Shown here piece by piece: positions 23,724 to 37,265 of a stretch of DNA of 64,000 bases (position 1 is the stretch's first letter; the number at the start of each line of letters is the position of its first letter). The position numbers were made by a program, and so were the translations under genes. Source of the DNA: Octopus bimaculoides. Its lineage: Eukaryota. The stretch spans positions 42,323,468 to 42,387,467 of the forward strand of contig NC_068994.1 in the NCBI RefSeq assembly GCF_001194135.2. The letters run 5' to 3'. The notes below the pieces were generated by a model. It did no database searches, was not told where the DNA came from, and was given only the letters and a program-made list of their open reading frames with translations.

Positions 23724-25339
23724 TATATGCTTAAAATAGCTTTTAAGAATTTTAACTAATTTCAAAAAGCTATTGGTTAATTACTGACTTACTTAAGCCC
23801 TTCACTTCCTAAGGAACATTGGCCATCAATGACTTCTCTCTACTGTTCTTGACTCTAGGCTGTCTTTTTATGCTTCTCTGAGAGAAGTTGGTTTTTTTTT
23901 TTCTAATTTGGGGCATAACCTTATGCAAAACTCATTTTTACATCTGGGAAAAAGTGGTCCCTATTAGCCTGCCCTCTGTCCTTTGGCTTGTCCAGCATAG
24001 GAGGCCTTTCAAGAAGCTTGCACTTTGCTGGTATAGCTCTAAGTGTCACTGAGTTACACAAACCACCACAACAAGAGCTGAACTTTGTGGTAACATTGAT
24101 AGATTAATAAATAATTAAATTAGTTTGATCCCCATGGTTTGTATAGTGCTGTTTTGTCCCTGGGGGCCCTGACATTTAAAATTGGTGATGGTCATACACA
24201 ATGATAGGTGTATGTATGGCTACAGTTTTTCAGGCATCATAATCTTGTTACATCTATAGATTATATACCTTTTTCCCTCTATCACAATGCAAGCTGTCCC
24301 ACTAAATAAAATAAAAATAAATAGATAAATAAATAAATATACGGTATATGCTGTAATTCAAGAAAAAATTCTCTCTGAGATCCTGAGCTTCAGGATTGGT
24401 TTCAACATGATAAAAAAAAAAAAACTGGCGACTGTAAATGTTGCAATGGTTTTCTGAGAAATGCAAATAAATCCATGCTAATGAGAAAAAAAAAATAGTA
24501 AATAAAACCCTCTGAAAAGTATAAGAAATGTTTTGTTGTGGCTAAATCTGCTGTTGATATTATTAAATCCTTGATGAAAAAGAAGTCGATGGAGACTGAA
24601 TTGCATACTGCTGGATATTTTGTTGAAAACATTTCATTTGCAAGCATTGATAATCTCTAACAGTATGTAAGAGAACATTTTCAGACAGTAAGGTTGCTGA
24701 AAAATTATCTACAAAAGAAACAAAATTTTCGAGTGTCATTCAAGATGGAGTAGTCTTTCAGGAAAATTGTGATAGCAGATATCTGCAGGACACAAAAGTT
24801 TTCTACATTTGAGTTAACCAAGTTTTTAGCAATAGTTGTGAGATAGTTTAATTTGAATAAACTTGATGTCAAATAAGTTTTGCTAGATACTCTAGTTACT
24901 GAAAATGGAATGGTTCAGATCTTTGTTGAGGGGAAAGAAATATTTCTTTAAAGAATATTTTGGGTTCTGTATTTTGTGTGGCTGTTGCTACCATTCATTT
25001 GTTTTTTGTGCTAGTCATACTGTCAGCACATTTCCCTTATACTTAGAAGCTTTCTTGTAGGATTCATCAACTTACATTGTTTCCACAACAGACACAACAG
25101 GATTTCACACTCATTCAGCAAGTGGTTAAGGCGTTACATTTATTTGCCATAAAATATCTAAACTTACACAAACAAGATAGCATTCTCAAGAAGAATTTAT
25201 TTCAGTGATATTAGATATCCTTATTAAATGAAATTTAGACAAAGTTGAGGATACCAGGAAGATTTATGAATAAAGCACATGCGACATGGCTATCAGAATG
25301 TGCTATAGAATGCAAGCAAACTTTAGGTTAATTAAAATA

Positions 25340-25865
25340 TGACATACCTTTACTTCTAAAGGAAAATTCACTGCAGTTATCAAGGAGAAAAAAATTCTCT
25401 CTAACAGTAAAAGGTATAAAAATACCACAACTTCCCAGTCCTTCCACCTGTTAGATTCCTAGAGGGCCGCTTGAACTAACCTAAAGTTTGTTTTCCTTCA
25501 TCACTGCTTGGCACTGATGCTATTATGTTTACACCAGCTAAGCAGTCAAATAGCACACCTCAGTTACTGATGTTGAATGTTTTTTTATTAAAGCTGTGGC
25601 TTTTGAATCGACCTAGGCTTATCTCTCTTCAATATTTCCCATTGAGGAAAGCTAAAAAGCCAGAAATGGCTATCTCGGAATCCAATAAGGAGAGGCACTG
25701 GGCAGACATGATGTTTTTACATCTTTTACCATAAGAGAGAATTTTTTTTCTCCACAGTAACTGCAGTGAATTTGTCTTTAAGAGCTAAAATATATCACAA
25801 ACATATTTAAACTAACCTAAATTTTATTTATTCCTAATCACTGTTTGATGCTGATGCTATTATGA
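25340..25865. repeat. Mixed inverted plus direct repeat block
   Basis: 25340-25470 is inverted at ~25670-25800 (AAATTCACTGCAGTTA, GGAGAAAAAAATTCTCTCT); AACTAACCTAAA...CTGATGCTATTATG at ~25475-25527 recurs directly at ~25810-25863. Confidence 0.7.
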
Positions 25866-27597
25866 AGAAGGTAAATTATTTGAATGTTGAATTCTAATGT
25901 GACTATCTCAGGTCGTGCCTTCTATATTTAATGAAATCATCAAAATACAAAACTCTCAGAGTTCCTTCACAAAAATTGAATTACTGAAGATTTACTTATC
26001 AAGAACTGATCCAAGCAATGGAAGCAATTACCTCAGAGTAAAGGTAGTAGTATTCTTAAGGAATTAATTGATGATCAAATCAGTAGCAGAAAATTTAAAA
26101 CATATTGTTCAGAATCTCTATTGGAATTTTGTATCCAAACGAACAAAAAAAAAAAAGGTTTTCTTTCAGTGAAGCAGGAATTATCATATTCAAAGGTAGC
26201 TGGTAATCTTAGTATCTCTTGGATCTATCATTCTTTTATGTGCTTATTTCCAACCCATTGTTCTAGAAAGTAGGCTAAATGACTTTGTTGATCATGGAGG
26301 AGTTATTCTTTAATGGCTGAAAATTTAGTGATGTCTTCAGAAAATATTCTTGAATTTCCTACATGTTCGGTCGTAAAAATATTAGCTTCATAATTCAAAC
26401 TATGATTTGTAACCCAATTTTATGCCAAATTAAGTTGTCTTGTCATTTGTTAGTATGTATTGATGAAACAATACATTTGCTATGCAATTGAACCACATCA
26501 AAAACAAGAAAGACTAAATTCTTTATTTTTGAAATATAGATAACACAGGAGAACAATTTTGAGCATAATTTCTGTTGAGTTTGCTCTCTCACTTGATTTA
26601 GACTAAATTTAACATGCTGATTTCAAAACTACAGTCAATTTTCTTTTATCGTATCAAGTTTGTTTTCTCAAGCTTACTTTCTGAATAAGCACAATTGTAG
26701 TTTCTTTTTTATCCATAAGTAATCAGGTAGGTCAGGTGCCATTATTATTTTATTGATACAATTATAATGCAAAAAAGACAGATTACATACAACAAACTAT
26801 GAGTAAAAATGAAATGGCATGAATTATGTGGAAGCCTGGAAATGAATGATTTGGGTACTTCAAAGAAGGAGCTGGAAATAAAACATGCTCAGAAAGAATT
26901 GAAAATAAATTGAAACACCCCCACCATCACCACCAAAAGAAAAAGAAAACACAGAAGGAAAGTAATGAACCGCTTATGCCACTGTGAGAATTACCGAATA
27001 ACATGGGGAATAGAAATGATGGGTTCATAATAAGCCTATCCACAAATATAAACATTTAGAAAGGAAAATATAAAGCATAAACAATGTTGTGCACCACAGT
27101 CTCTATCTATCTCTCTTTTACAGTCTCTCTCTCTCTTCCTCTTTTTCTCTCTCTCTTTCTCTCTTTCCTTCTACCTCCATGCACATAATGAATCCTGACT
27201 CAAATGTCTAACAGACATAAACTAGGATTCCATCATTTTGAATTATCTTTGCAATTCTGTTACCATTCTGCTACCAATAAAGCACCAGGCTGTAAAAAGA
27301 GGAGATTAAAATTCATCTACTCTATATTCCTTCAAAGGATATTCTGTAAATGAACCACCCCTCAACCTCAGTCTCAATCACTTAACCAATCCAGTCAAAT
27401 ATACTATTATATATCACATTTTGCTTTCAGTTGTAGCTGTTTGGGGAAAATATCCATTCAAGCCATTTTCCTCAAAGGCAAAGGAGACCATAAAATTTTG
27501 GGTGCTGCATAGCTAGAGGAAATAAAGTATATTTTAGAGGAATATAGATTAATAGTATTATGGTAATACATTTCAAAATTCATTGTATACAGCAAAT

Positions 27598-27684
<87 letters not shown>

Positions 27685-28376
27685 AAGATATTACACACAC
27701 ACATATGTGTAAATAGGGCATGCATGTGTGTATTTATGTAGGTATATATATATAATTTTCATGTATATTTATGTATGTAAGCATATATACATATGTGTGT
27801 ATGTGTATATACCTATGTGTGTATGTATATATAGACATAGACATATACATATACACACACGTCACATATACTTGTATATATGTGTGTGTATGTATGAATG
27901 TACTTGTAAATGTATGTAAGTATATATACTTACATAGCACACCTAATATATACTACCACATCACACAATATTTCTTGAAATGGATGGCACCAAGCAAAAT
28001 CACAATTGTGTATATATATATATATATATATATGTATATACACACACATGCATACATACATACATATATGTATGCATGTATATATACACAATTATGAAAG
28101 AGGAATGGTTCTTCAAGGATATTTCTTAGATTCTTTGTATATTCTGCTGTAATAATAATCCAAATAAAAATATTACGTAAAGAATTATTACCCAAGAATC
28201 ATTTGAGAATCATAATAAAAAAAAGAAAATCTGCATTTAAAAATGTATTAAAAACAGACAGTTGACTATAAAGGTTTACACGAGTATTAACTCTTTATTG
28301 AGTGATCCTAAATAAAAGCTCATAACAAAGATCTAAGAGACTAATAATTCTTTGATCCAGAAATATTTTTCTATCG

Positions 28377-28378
<2 letters not shown>

Positions 28379-28408
<30 letters not shown>

Positions 28409-28689
28409 TTAACGTCCGCCTTCCATGCTAGAATGGGTTGGACGATTTGACTGAGGATTGGTGAAACCGGATGGCAACACCAGGCTCCAATCTAATTTGG
28501 CAGAGTTTCTACAGCTGGATGCCCTTCCTAACGCCAACCACTCAGAGAGTGTAGTGGGTGCTTTTACGTGTCACCCGCACGAAAACGGCCACGCTCAAAA
28601 TGGTGTCTTTTATGTGCCACCCGCACAAGAGCCAGTCCAGGGGCACTGGCAACGATCTCGCTCGAAAAGCCTACAAAGGCCAGTCAGGC

Positions 28690-28723
<34 letters not shown>
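28379..28723 (-). mobile_element. Young 5'-truncated RTE LINE 3' end
   Basis: (CAT)n tail on + strand, 3' UTR with tandem subunits, 12-bp TSD TTTTCTATCGAT at 28367-28378 and 28724-28735. Confidence 0.85.
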
Positions 28724-28727
<4 letters not shown>

Positions 28728-29014
28728 CTATCGATGAAATATTTGAAAATTATTATTAATGTTACTTTGTGGATGGTGGTGTTGCAGAATTGCCAGAATG
28801 TCAAGGGAAATTCTTTGCAATATATATAATAATAGTCCCTTACGTTCTGACTTTAGATTCCACTGAGGCCTATTCTGCGCCTCAACCTTCTGCTGCTCAG
28901 ATAAAATAGAGTACCTGTAAACTGCTGGTACCAACATAATTGATTGTACATCTCCTGACAAAATTTTAGACCTTCTACCTATGTTTCAGCTGAATATTAA
29001 TGTTATGATAAAGA

Positions 29015-29300
29015 TGGCAAGCTGGCAGAATCGTTAGCATGCTGGGAAAAATGCTTAGCAGCATTTCATCAGTCTTTACATTCTTGAGCTCAAATTCTAC
29101 CAGGGTTGAGTTTGCCTTTCATCATTTCAGAGTTGGTAAAACAAATACTAGCTGGGCCCTGGGGTTGACGTAATTGATTTACCCTCTCCGGTCTTGTGCA
29201 AAAATATGAAACCAATGTTAATGTTTTGATAAGGGCAGTAAGCTAGCAGAACTGTTAGCATGCCAGGCAAAATGCTTAGCAATATTTCATCTGGCTTTAC
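29015..29300 (+). mobile_element. Two SINE family B copies (one near-full, one 5' fragment)
   Basis: GGCAAGCTGGCAGAATCGTTAGCATG head at ~29015 and again at ~29238. Confidence 0.75.
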
Positions 29301-29360
29301 TTCTAAAGCACTAGACTTTGTAAGGGAATGTGATACACAAAAATTGTATGGAAGCCCAAA

Positions 29361-29391
<31 letters not shown>

Positions 29392-29420
29392 TTATATATA
29401 TATATAATAGCATGAAACTA

Positions 29421-29451
29421 TTGGGTTGTCCGGAAAGTCCGTGCTGATTTT
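29421..29451 (+). mobile_element. Solitary mariner-type TIR
   Basis: TA + TTGGGTTGTCCGGAAAGTCCGTGCTGATTTT; no matching partner TIR found. Confidence 0.55.
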
Positions 29452-29479
29452 CCCAAGGGCTATTCTCACTCATCTCATG

Positions 29480-29745
29480 TGGTACCCAAACATCGTAGCA
29501 ATGTTGTGGTAGATCTTCTGATGTTCAGCAATGCGCCACATGCTTTGGTCCTCTGTCATTTCCTTCATAATATTCAACATATTGCGACTGGCCTTCAATA
29601 TTCGCCCCATGTTTTCCTGGGTCTCTCTCTTCCACAAGTTAGCTTCCACTTCAAGTAATCAACACTTCTTTACGCAACTGACCTCATCAATTTTCAATTC
29701 AATGATTGAACCAATGCAGTCTTCTCTCTTGCACACTGCATTGTA
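29480..29745 (-). mobile_element. RTE ORF2 C-terminal fragment
   Basis: Minus strand reads RERRLHW...DEVSCVKKC..LEVE...GRERPRKTWGE...MLNIMKEMTEDQSMWR, homologous to 39115-39420. Confidence 0.7.
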
Positions 29746-30296
29746 TTAAAATGCTAAAAGCATGTAACCAAAATGATGCTAATTACATCACATGCTTCAA
29801 TGGACAAATCAACTGATTCTCTTAATTTTTTTTTAGGTAAATTTTTTTTTAATTGCTTTGAATTAGATAAGTTATCTAGCTGCAAAAACTAATAACAGTG
29901 CCAACAAATATCTTAATTTTCAGAAATTTTCATTCCTCACTGAATATTGCCTTATACCTATTGAGTTATTAATGCCTTATTAAAGCTGTCATCTTCATAT
30001 AGATTTCTAAGATAAATTATTCTGTTAAAGTAACTTTCACAGCAAAGCACTGTTGTTGATGTATAACCATTAAAATTTGAGCAAGAATATTGGCTCCCCA
30101 TTGATTCAATAAATTATAAGCCTATATCCATAGCATGAAACACAGAAGTTAGTTTTATAAGATTATGAAAATATATGAAGATGTATCATTTCTTCAGCCT
30201 GAAATTGTCTGCAAATACTACAATAACAGAGATTTTCTATATCACCTTAAAGACACATATGTATCTTCTAGAACTAATTTAGCAAACCTATGGCTT

Positions 30297-30526
30297 TTTT
30301 GTGGGTGGCACATAAAAGACACCATTTCGAGCGTGGCCGTTTTCGTGCGGGTGACACGTAAAAGCACCCACTACACTCTCTGAGTGGTTGGCGTTAGGAA
30401 GGGCATCCAGCTGTAGAAACTCTGCCAAATTAGATTGGAGCCTGGTGTTGCCATCCGGTTTCACCAGTCCTCAGTCAAATCGTCCAACCCATGCTAGCAT
30501 GGAAAGCGGACGTTAAACGATGATGA
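30297..30526 (+). mobile_element. Young RTE LINE 3' end
   Basis: About 4 mismatches in ~210 bp against the reverse complement of 28410-28620; ends GGACGTTAAACGATGATGAT. Confidence 0.85.
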
Positions 30527-30824
30527 TTAACATGCACGCATATCAGTCGTGATGTGTAGCAAGCTTTGGGGTGACACGTAACTTATTTGTTTCTGTCATT
30601 GAACTGAAGCCAAACTGAGGCATGACCTAGAAGAATTAAGTTGAACAAATTAACACCAGTAAGTCTGGCACATATCCTATCAGTCCCTTTTGTCAAACTG
30701 CTAAATTTATGGGAACATAAACAAACCAACACTGATTGTCAAGTGTTTGGAGTGGGTCAAACACAGAATGAAAAACGCATATGTTATAAAATAAAATATT
30801 TCCATACCCAGCTATAAATGACAA

Positions 30825-30975
30825 TGTTCTGTTTCTGTCTACCAAATTCACTCACTAGGCAGTGGTTGGCCCAGAGCTATTGTAGAAGACACTTGTCCAA
30901 GGTACTGTGCAGTAGAACTGAATCCAAAACCGTGTGGCTGCAAAGTGAGCTTCTTAACTAAACAGCTGTTCCTGC
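30825..30975 (-). mobile_element. SINE family A, degenerate 5' half
   Basis: GAAGACACTTGTCCAAGG is the reverse complement of the CORE-like CCTTGG.CAAGTGTCTTC. Confidence 0.65.
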
Positions 30976-31200
30976 ACTGATGTGCCTTAATTAGATTTTG
31001 GAATCATCTCTCATTATATGGTGACTCCAAGTGGCTTTTGTATCGAGCATGATGATAGGAATGCCACATATCTTGTTTATGATGAGATCCATGTAGCATT
31101 TTTCTATGATTATTTCTTTCAGGGACAATAAATAGCTGGGGTGGCTAATAATCACAGAAACACTGTGAATATTGTAGTTTACACCCTCATTGAACCTTAA

Positions 31201-31417
31201 TCCTTTAGTCATACCAGTCATATCAGACCCAAATATTTCACCTGTTTTATGTTCAAACCAGTTATATCTAGCCTCTTATATCTAATCTACAACATCATTC
31301 TGATAATAAAGAATTCCATCATTAAAACCTTGACACTTTAAGATCATGGGTGACTAATTCAAAGTAATGTGAATAAAAATCCAGTAAATTTAACAGAGTA
31401 ATCTGAATGCTAAAGGG
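31201..31417. mobile_element. piggyBac-type MITE
   Basis: TTAA at both ends (31197-31200 and 31418-31421); termini TCCTTTAG / CTAAAGGG. Confidence 0.65.
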
Positions 31418-31494
31418 TTAAACCAAAAATAGAATTTTTTGAAAAATTAGGGTAACCTCGACTCAATCCCTTGATTGAAGAATTCTAGAAGACA

Positions 31495-31675
31495 TTTGGT
31501 CGCTGTCAATTAAATTGATTTCAGTACATGAGTGGTAGTTTATTTCATTGATCACCAGAGAAATGAAAAGCCAAGTTGAACTTAACAGAATTTGAACCCA
31601 GAAAGTAAAAGTACATAAGAAAATACTGCAAAAACACTTTGTCTGGTGTTTGCAGTTCTGCTAATTCACTATTAT
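31495..31675 (-). mobile_element. SINE family B, degenerate
   Basis: GAAATGAAAAGCCAAGTTGAAC...GAATTTGAACCCAGAA...TTCTGCTAATTCAC. Confidence 0.55.
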
Positions 31676-32684
31676 GCTTATGAAATCGTTGAGTAATCAA
31701 CCTCAGTGATCTATATTTTAAAATATGCTAATTATTAACACTTTCTTGTGTATGATATTGCATATCTACTCAGTGCTTCTCTGATTGAAACTTTGTATGT
31801 AAAATCTATGGGTTACTAACGAGACTTAATAAGACAGAAGAATGTTCAGAGTTGCTTATCTTACTTATAAAAATGATTAAAATAAATTTTAGTATTGAGG
31901 ATAAATATTTCTAAGTAGAGTTTCAATGCTCTCTACATTTCATATATTAACATTAATTTAAATATGCTAGCTCAATTTAAAGTTCATGCCTTTATGATAG
32001 ATTTTGCAAATAATGTTGCTAGCAAGCAGCCTGACCTGAATGGTGCATCCCCTCATTCAATATGCACAGTGGGGAGCGTTGTTATACTAAACTTTAGTTG
32101 CTCAATATTGATCTGAAAATGTCTTTTAAAATTAAGATAAGGTTAGCTTATTATGCTGTAGTATTAACCACACTTCCTAAATTTAAATCATATTAGATTT
32201 TTTGTTGTGCACCTGCACAAAGCACATAGTTCTTTTTTGCTTCAATCTTAAAACCATAAAACATGGAGTATGAAACAGTTATATAGAAATATTTGTGAAA
32301 GTGCATGCATGTACGTTTGTGTACATCTATCTATCTATCTATCTTTCTATCTCTCTCTATCTATCTATCTATCTATATGTATGAACATGTATGTGTGTGT
32401 ATATATATTTATATATTTGTGTTGCATGTATGTGTAACGTGCTTCACACAAGTTTTAGTGGGAGGTGGGATGCATATCATTTGATATGTAAAGTATACCA
32501 CTTTAATAAACATGATTAAATGCCACTATGAATAGTAAACAAATATTTCCTCTCTGTGAACAGACAAAGAAATCAGTCTGGTCAGTTTCTAGTCTTATTA
32601 GATCTTCATCAGAGAAAGAATAGCCATCTTTAGTTCACTAAAAGATTATTAGTTTGTTGTTTATTATATTCTCTTACCTTTTAT

Positions 32685-32980
32685 ATTTTACTTATTTCAG
32701 TCATTAGACTGTAGCCATGCTGGGGCACTACCTTGAAGAATTTTTATTCAAATGAACTGATCCCATTACTTATTTTCTATTTTTTTAAACCTGGTACTTA
32801 TTCTATTGTTCTCTTTTGCTGAACCATTATGTCATGGAGACATAAACACTCTAGTACCAGTTGTCAAGCAGCAGTGGGGCAACAAACACAGATGCAAAGA
32901 CACACAAATATGCATGCATACACACACACACACACACACACATATGATGGGCTTCTTTTAGTTTCCATCTACCAAATGTC
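32685..32980 (-). mobile_element. SINE family A, 3' two-thirds
   Basis: TTTCAGTCATTAGACTGTAGCCATGCTGGGGCAC and CCTGGTACTTATTCTATTG..CTCTTTTGCTGAAC. Confidence 0.7.
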
Positions 32981-33955
32981 ATCATCGTCCTCATGATCAC
33001 TATCGTTGTCATCGTCATCATCATCATCATCATGGTCATGATCATCATTATCTACTATCCATCCCATGCAAGCATGGAAAAGCAGACATTTTTGTGATTG
33101 TGATGTTGATTAAAATAGTATAAGCCACTAAGCAAATACTTTCTTTTTATCATGACATAATTATTTCAAATTATAGTTTTCTATGATCAACGTATTAACT
33201 ATACATTACCACTAACTTAGGTTTTATTCTCTTCTCTTTTACATAATATTATTGACATCTCTGAGTATCTCTGTGTCTGCTACCATTTCACCATGCACTC
33301 TGCACCTTTAAAATGTTTAGTAAGTTAGTCAACTGCATACCACCTCTACAAGCTCTTCTAAATCACCCATCACGTGGCTCTTCTCTTTTCTTCACTCCAC
33401 CCTCCCTGCCAGGTCTCAACTTTCCTAGAACTTACAATAACCCCTTTTTTATCAACTAGTCCTTTTACAGAGTGTAAGACTCTCTAGAATGTCTTCTCAG
33501 CCCATGTTTTATTTATTTATTTATTTATTTATTAATTTATTTATTTTTCATGTAACCTTCAACTAACCCATGTTGATCTTTGCTTTATATACTTAATCCC
33601 CAAACTACACATGCAGGACCCGTTCTTTTGTTTCCTAAAGAAAATCACATCAGTCACCATTAGTCCTACATCTAATAAATATTGAACTGCAAAGCTATTG
33701 TACTTCCATAGCACTTCTGTCCCGCCTTTCTGGCTTTAAGCTGTTGTGAAATACAGCATTCTTATATTTTGACTAAAAGAAAGTATTTCTATTCCCCACT
33801 ATTTCTCTCTCTCTCTCTCTCTCTCTCGCTTCATCTCTCAGTATATGTGCCTTGATGTTTGGTTGTGTGTGTGTGTGTGTGTGTGCATTTATGTGTATAT
33901 GAATATGCATGTGTGTATTTATATATATGTATGTATGCATTTATGTATGCATGTA

Positions 33956-33994
<39 letters not shown>

Positions 33995-34033
33995 AGAGAG
34001 AGAGAGAGAGATACATACATATAAATATATATG

Positions 34034-34065
<32 letters not shown>

Positions 34066-35213
34066 CGTACATATACACACACACATGCGCACACGCACAC
34101 ACATATATTTATATGTATATGTATATGTATATATATAACTCTAGGCATAGATTTAAAGTAGCTTGCAAACTAAACTAGAAAACAAGATAGTTAATTTTTA
34201 TCCACTAATATGGATTAAGATTGCATATTTCGATGAAACACAATGGAACAGATTCATTCAGCTATAAACAATATATTGCGTGATTCTATTATAAACATCA
34301 ATAACAATAACAATAGCTTCATACAAAGGTTACATTAGAGTAGATTGTAGGCTGTACTTGTTTGTTATTAGAAGATCAGAATGGGCAGCAAAATATCTGC
34401 TGCTACAACAATATTACTCCATGAAGACTCTTAGTTGTAATAAAGAAACTCTTTTACACTCACAAAACTTGTTTTGCCACTCATTAAGTGTATGCACAAA
34501 GCACAAATGTATGCTTGTATGCACTCATGTACATATACTTTGAAACAAGGAATGTATATAGGCATGCATATGTTTTTGGATGGGCACTCGTCTGTGTGTA
34601 TGTGGTTTATTGCACAAATGTAAAATTTGAAAAGAAAAAAATATATACATATATGTACACATTTAAGCATGGATTCATTTGTGTATATGTTTTATATCAC
34701 ACATACATACATGCTTATGCATGCATACATACACATAAATGCTCACATGCACTTTATACATGTATATGTTTGTTAACACAAGCACTTACATACTTTGAAA
34801 TAGGAAATTATATGTACATACACACATGCACACACAGACATACACACATACATACACACATAAATACATACATACATACATACACACATAGATACATACA
34901 TATACATATATACATACACACGCAGGCATATATATATACATATATATTTACATACACACACACACATTATAAATATATACGTACATATTTACAAACATAC
35001 ATGCATGTGCACACGTTATACTTATATACATACATGCAAGCATACATTCACATAGTTTAAGCATACACATATTCTCTTATAAATCTGTTTTGTTATACAA
35101 ACAATACAAATGTGTGTGTGTGTATGTGTGTTTGTATGCAAATCACACAAACACACACACATAGATACAGTAGCAGAAATACTAACACAGACAAATCTGC
35201 ATGCATATTCACA

Positions 35214-35247
<34 letters not shown>

Positions 35248-35709
35248 TATATACACTAAAGCATGTGTTAAATGTGTGTACATGTTCGTCATTGTTTTCT
35301 GTAATTTAATTTGGAATAATGTGCAAACAAGTCAACAACATCATCTGCTAGAAACAATATCATTCAAGCCATGATGTTTTGTTGTATTCATTTCTGTAAA
35401 ATCAAATTAAGCTCATAATAAAGTCAGAAAAAAAAAAAACCCCAAAAACATAACAGACACAACAAAAAGCAAGAAATTTAGTCATAATTGTTTTTTACTC
35501 AAAAGGTTTTCATACATTCCTTCCAACGAACACAAAATATATGTATAAAGAAAACCAACAGAAAACAGAAACAAAGAAAATTCTAAAGACTACATTAAAT
35601 GTGTTGACCTGTAGCTAAAAGGCTAAAAGCTTGAGCTATGATGCTGGGAGAGAAAAGAGTGAAGTAACAAAACAATATATATATATATACACATGCATAT
35701 ATGAATATA

Positions 35710-35766
<57 letters not shown>

Positions 35767-35905
35767 NNNNNNNNNNNNNNNNNNNNNNNNNNNNNNNNNN
35801 NNNNNNNNNNNNNNNNNNNNNNNNNNNNNNNNNNNNNNNNNNNNNNNNNNNNNNNNNNNNNNNNNNNNNNNNNNNNNNNNNNNNNNNNNNNNNNNNNNNN
35901 NNNNN

Positions 35906-35955
<50 letters not shown>

Positions 35956-36249
35956 GCACACACACATATGCATATATGAAAATATATATATATATATATA
36001 TATAAAATATATATGATATATAAATAAATAAAATAAAAAAACAAGAAAAAGATTGATTAGAGATATGTTTTTAAAGAGTTGTAAACATATTTTTTATCAT
36101 CATGAAATTGATAATTAATTTTTATATTTATCTCTTTATAGCAAAAAAATAAAAGATTTTGAAAACTGATAAAAAAAAATATTGTTTCACATTTGATTTT
36201 AGATAATCATTAATAATTAATAATAATAATAATAATGATGATGGTGATA

Positions 36250-36620
36250 ATCCTTTCTATCATAGGCACAAGGCCTGAAATTTGATGGTTGGAGCTAGTT
36301 GATTATCTGGACTCTGGTTATCAACTGGTACTTATTCCATCAATACTAAAAGGATGAAAGGCAAAGTCAACTTTGGTAGAATTCCCCCCAATAATAATAA
36401 TAATAATGATCATCATCATCATCATAGAAATCCTGAAATTTGTGGGGAGGGGACTAGTCGATTACATGGACCCCAGTGTTTCACTGGTACTTAATTCATT
36501 GACTCCGAAAGGATGAAAGCAAGGTCAACCTCAGCAGAATTTGATCTCAGAATCTAGCGATGGGTGAAATACTGCTAAGTATTCCACCCAGCATGCTAAC
36601 GTTTCTGCCAGTTCACCACA
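36250..36620 (-). mobile_element. Two SINE family B copies in tandem
   Basis: AGGCACAAGGCCTGAAATTT tail at ~36263; second copy ~36425-36620 with a complete head. Confidence 0.75.
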
Positions 36621-36689
36621 TTAAATCACAACAATAATAATTAATAATAATAACAATAATAATAAACCGTTCCTGTTATTGTATAAGCC

Positions 36690-36817
36690 CTAAGTATGAT
36701 AAGAAAACGGTATATCAAAAGCATCTAGACATCCCAGGAGAACCATGTCTCAAGGAAATCCAAAAGGCTGTGCTGACAAGTACTACCCACATCCTTAGAA
36801 AAACCCCATCAATTTAA
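36690..36817 (+). mobile_element. R4/Dong-type (REL endonuclease) LINE C-terminal tip
   Basis: LSMIRK...IPGEPCLKEIQKAVLTSTTHILRKTPSI* resembles the G.I.K...LQK.VLLGTARILR.VL terminus of R4/Dong ORFs. Confidence 0.65.
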
Positions 36818-37216
36818 ATGTTTGTGTTGTATTATATGGAGGTATTTCTCTACTACCCTTGCCACTTCCCCTCTCCACATTTTCAGTTATATTTCAACAT
36901 CTTTTAACCAACTAGCAGACCACGTATCATCAATAATGACAGCTAATTGTAGTATTTTATATATAAATAAGGTACAAAATAAGGTACATAATAATCATGC
37001 ATGCAAACATTCACATACTTCCCTTGTAATGCATACACATATATACTCACACAGAGTTGAAACACTGATTTTTTCCACCCCTTCCTTCCTTACTCACCTA
37101 TCACCCCTTCCTTTCTCTCATTGCTATTACTTTCTCTCACTGTCTCAGTCAGGACTATTACTCTCACTACTTCTCCTTCACTGAAATACTATTTTCTCTT
37201 CTCTATGCCCAGCATG

Positions 37217-37265
<49 letters not shown>

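Noticed and set aside
25100-26200. Decayed hAT (Charlie/Buster-like) transposase
   Set aside because: Only faint echoes (TWLS, ELID...SLLEFCI) across many stops; not enough to call by eye.
27410-27510. Exon-like frames on both strands with good acceptors
   Set aside because: No convincing donor or recognisable protein; cannot be supported without RNA data.
30995-31135. Open frame DFGIISHYMVTPSGFCIEHDDRNATYLVYDEIH
   Set aside because: Weak splice signals and no recognisable family.
33250-33720. Very old RTE endonuclease/linker remnant on the minus strand
   Set aside because: Composition is suggestive, but the motifs are too degraded to support.
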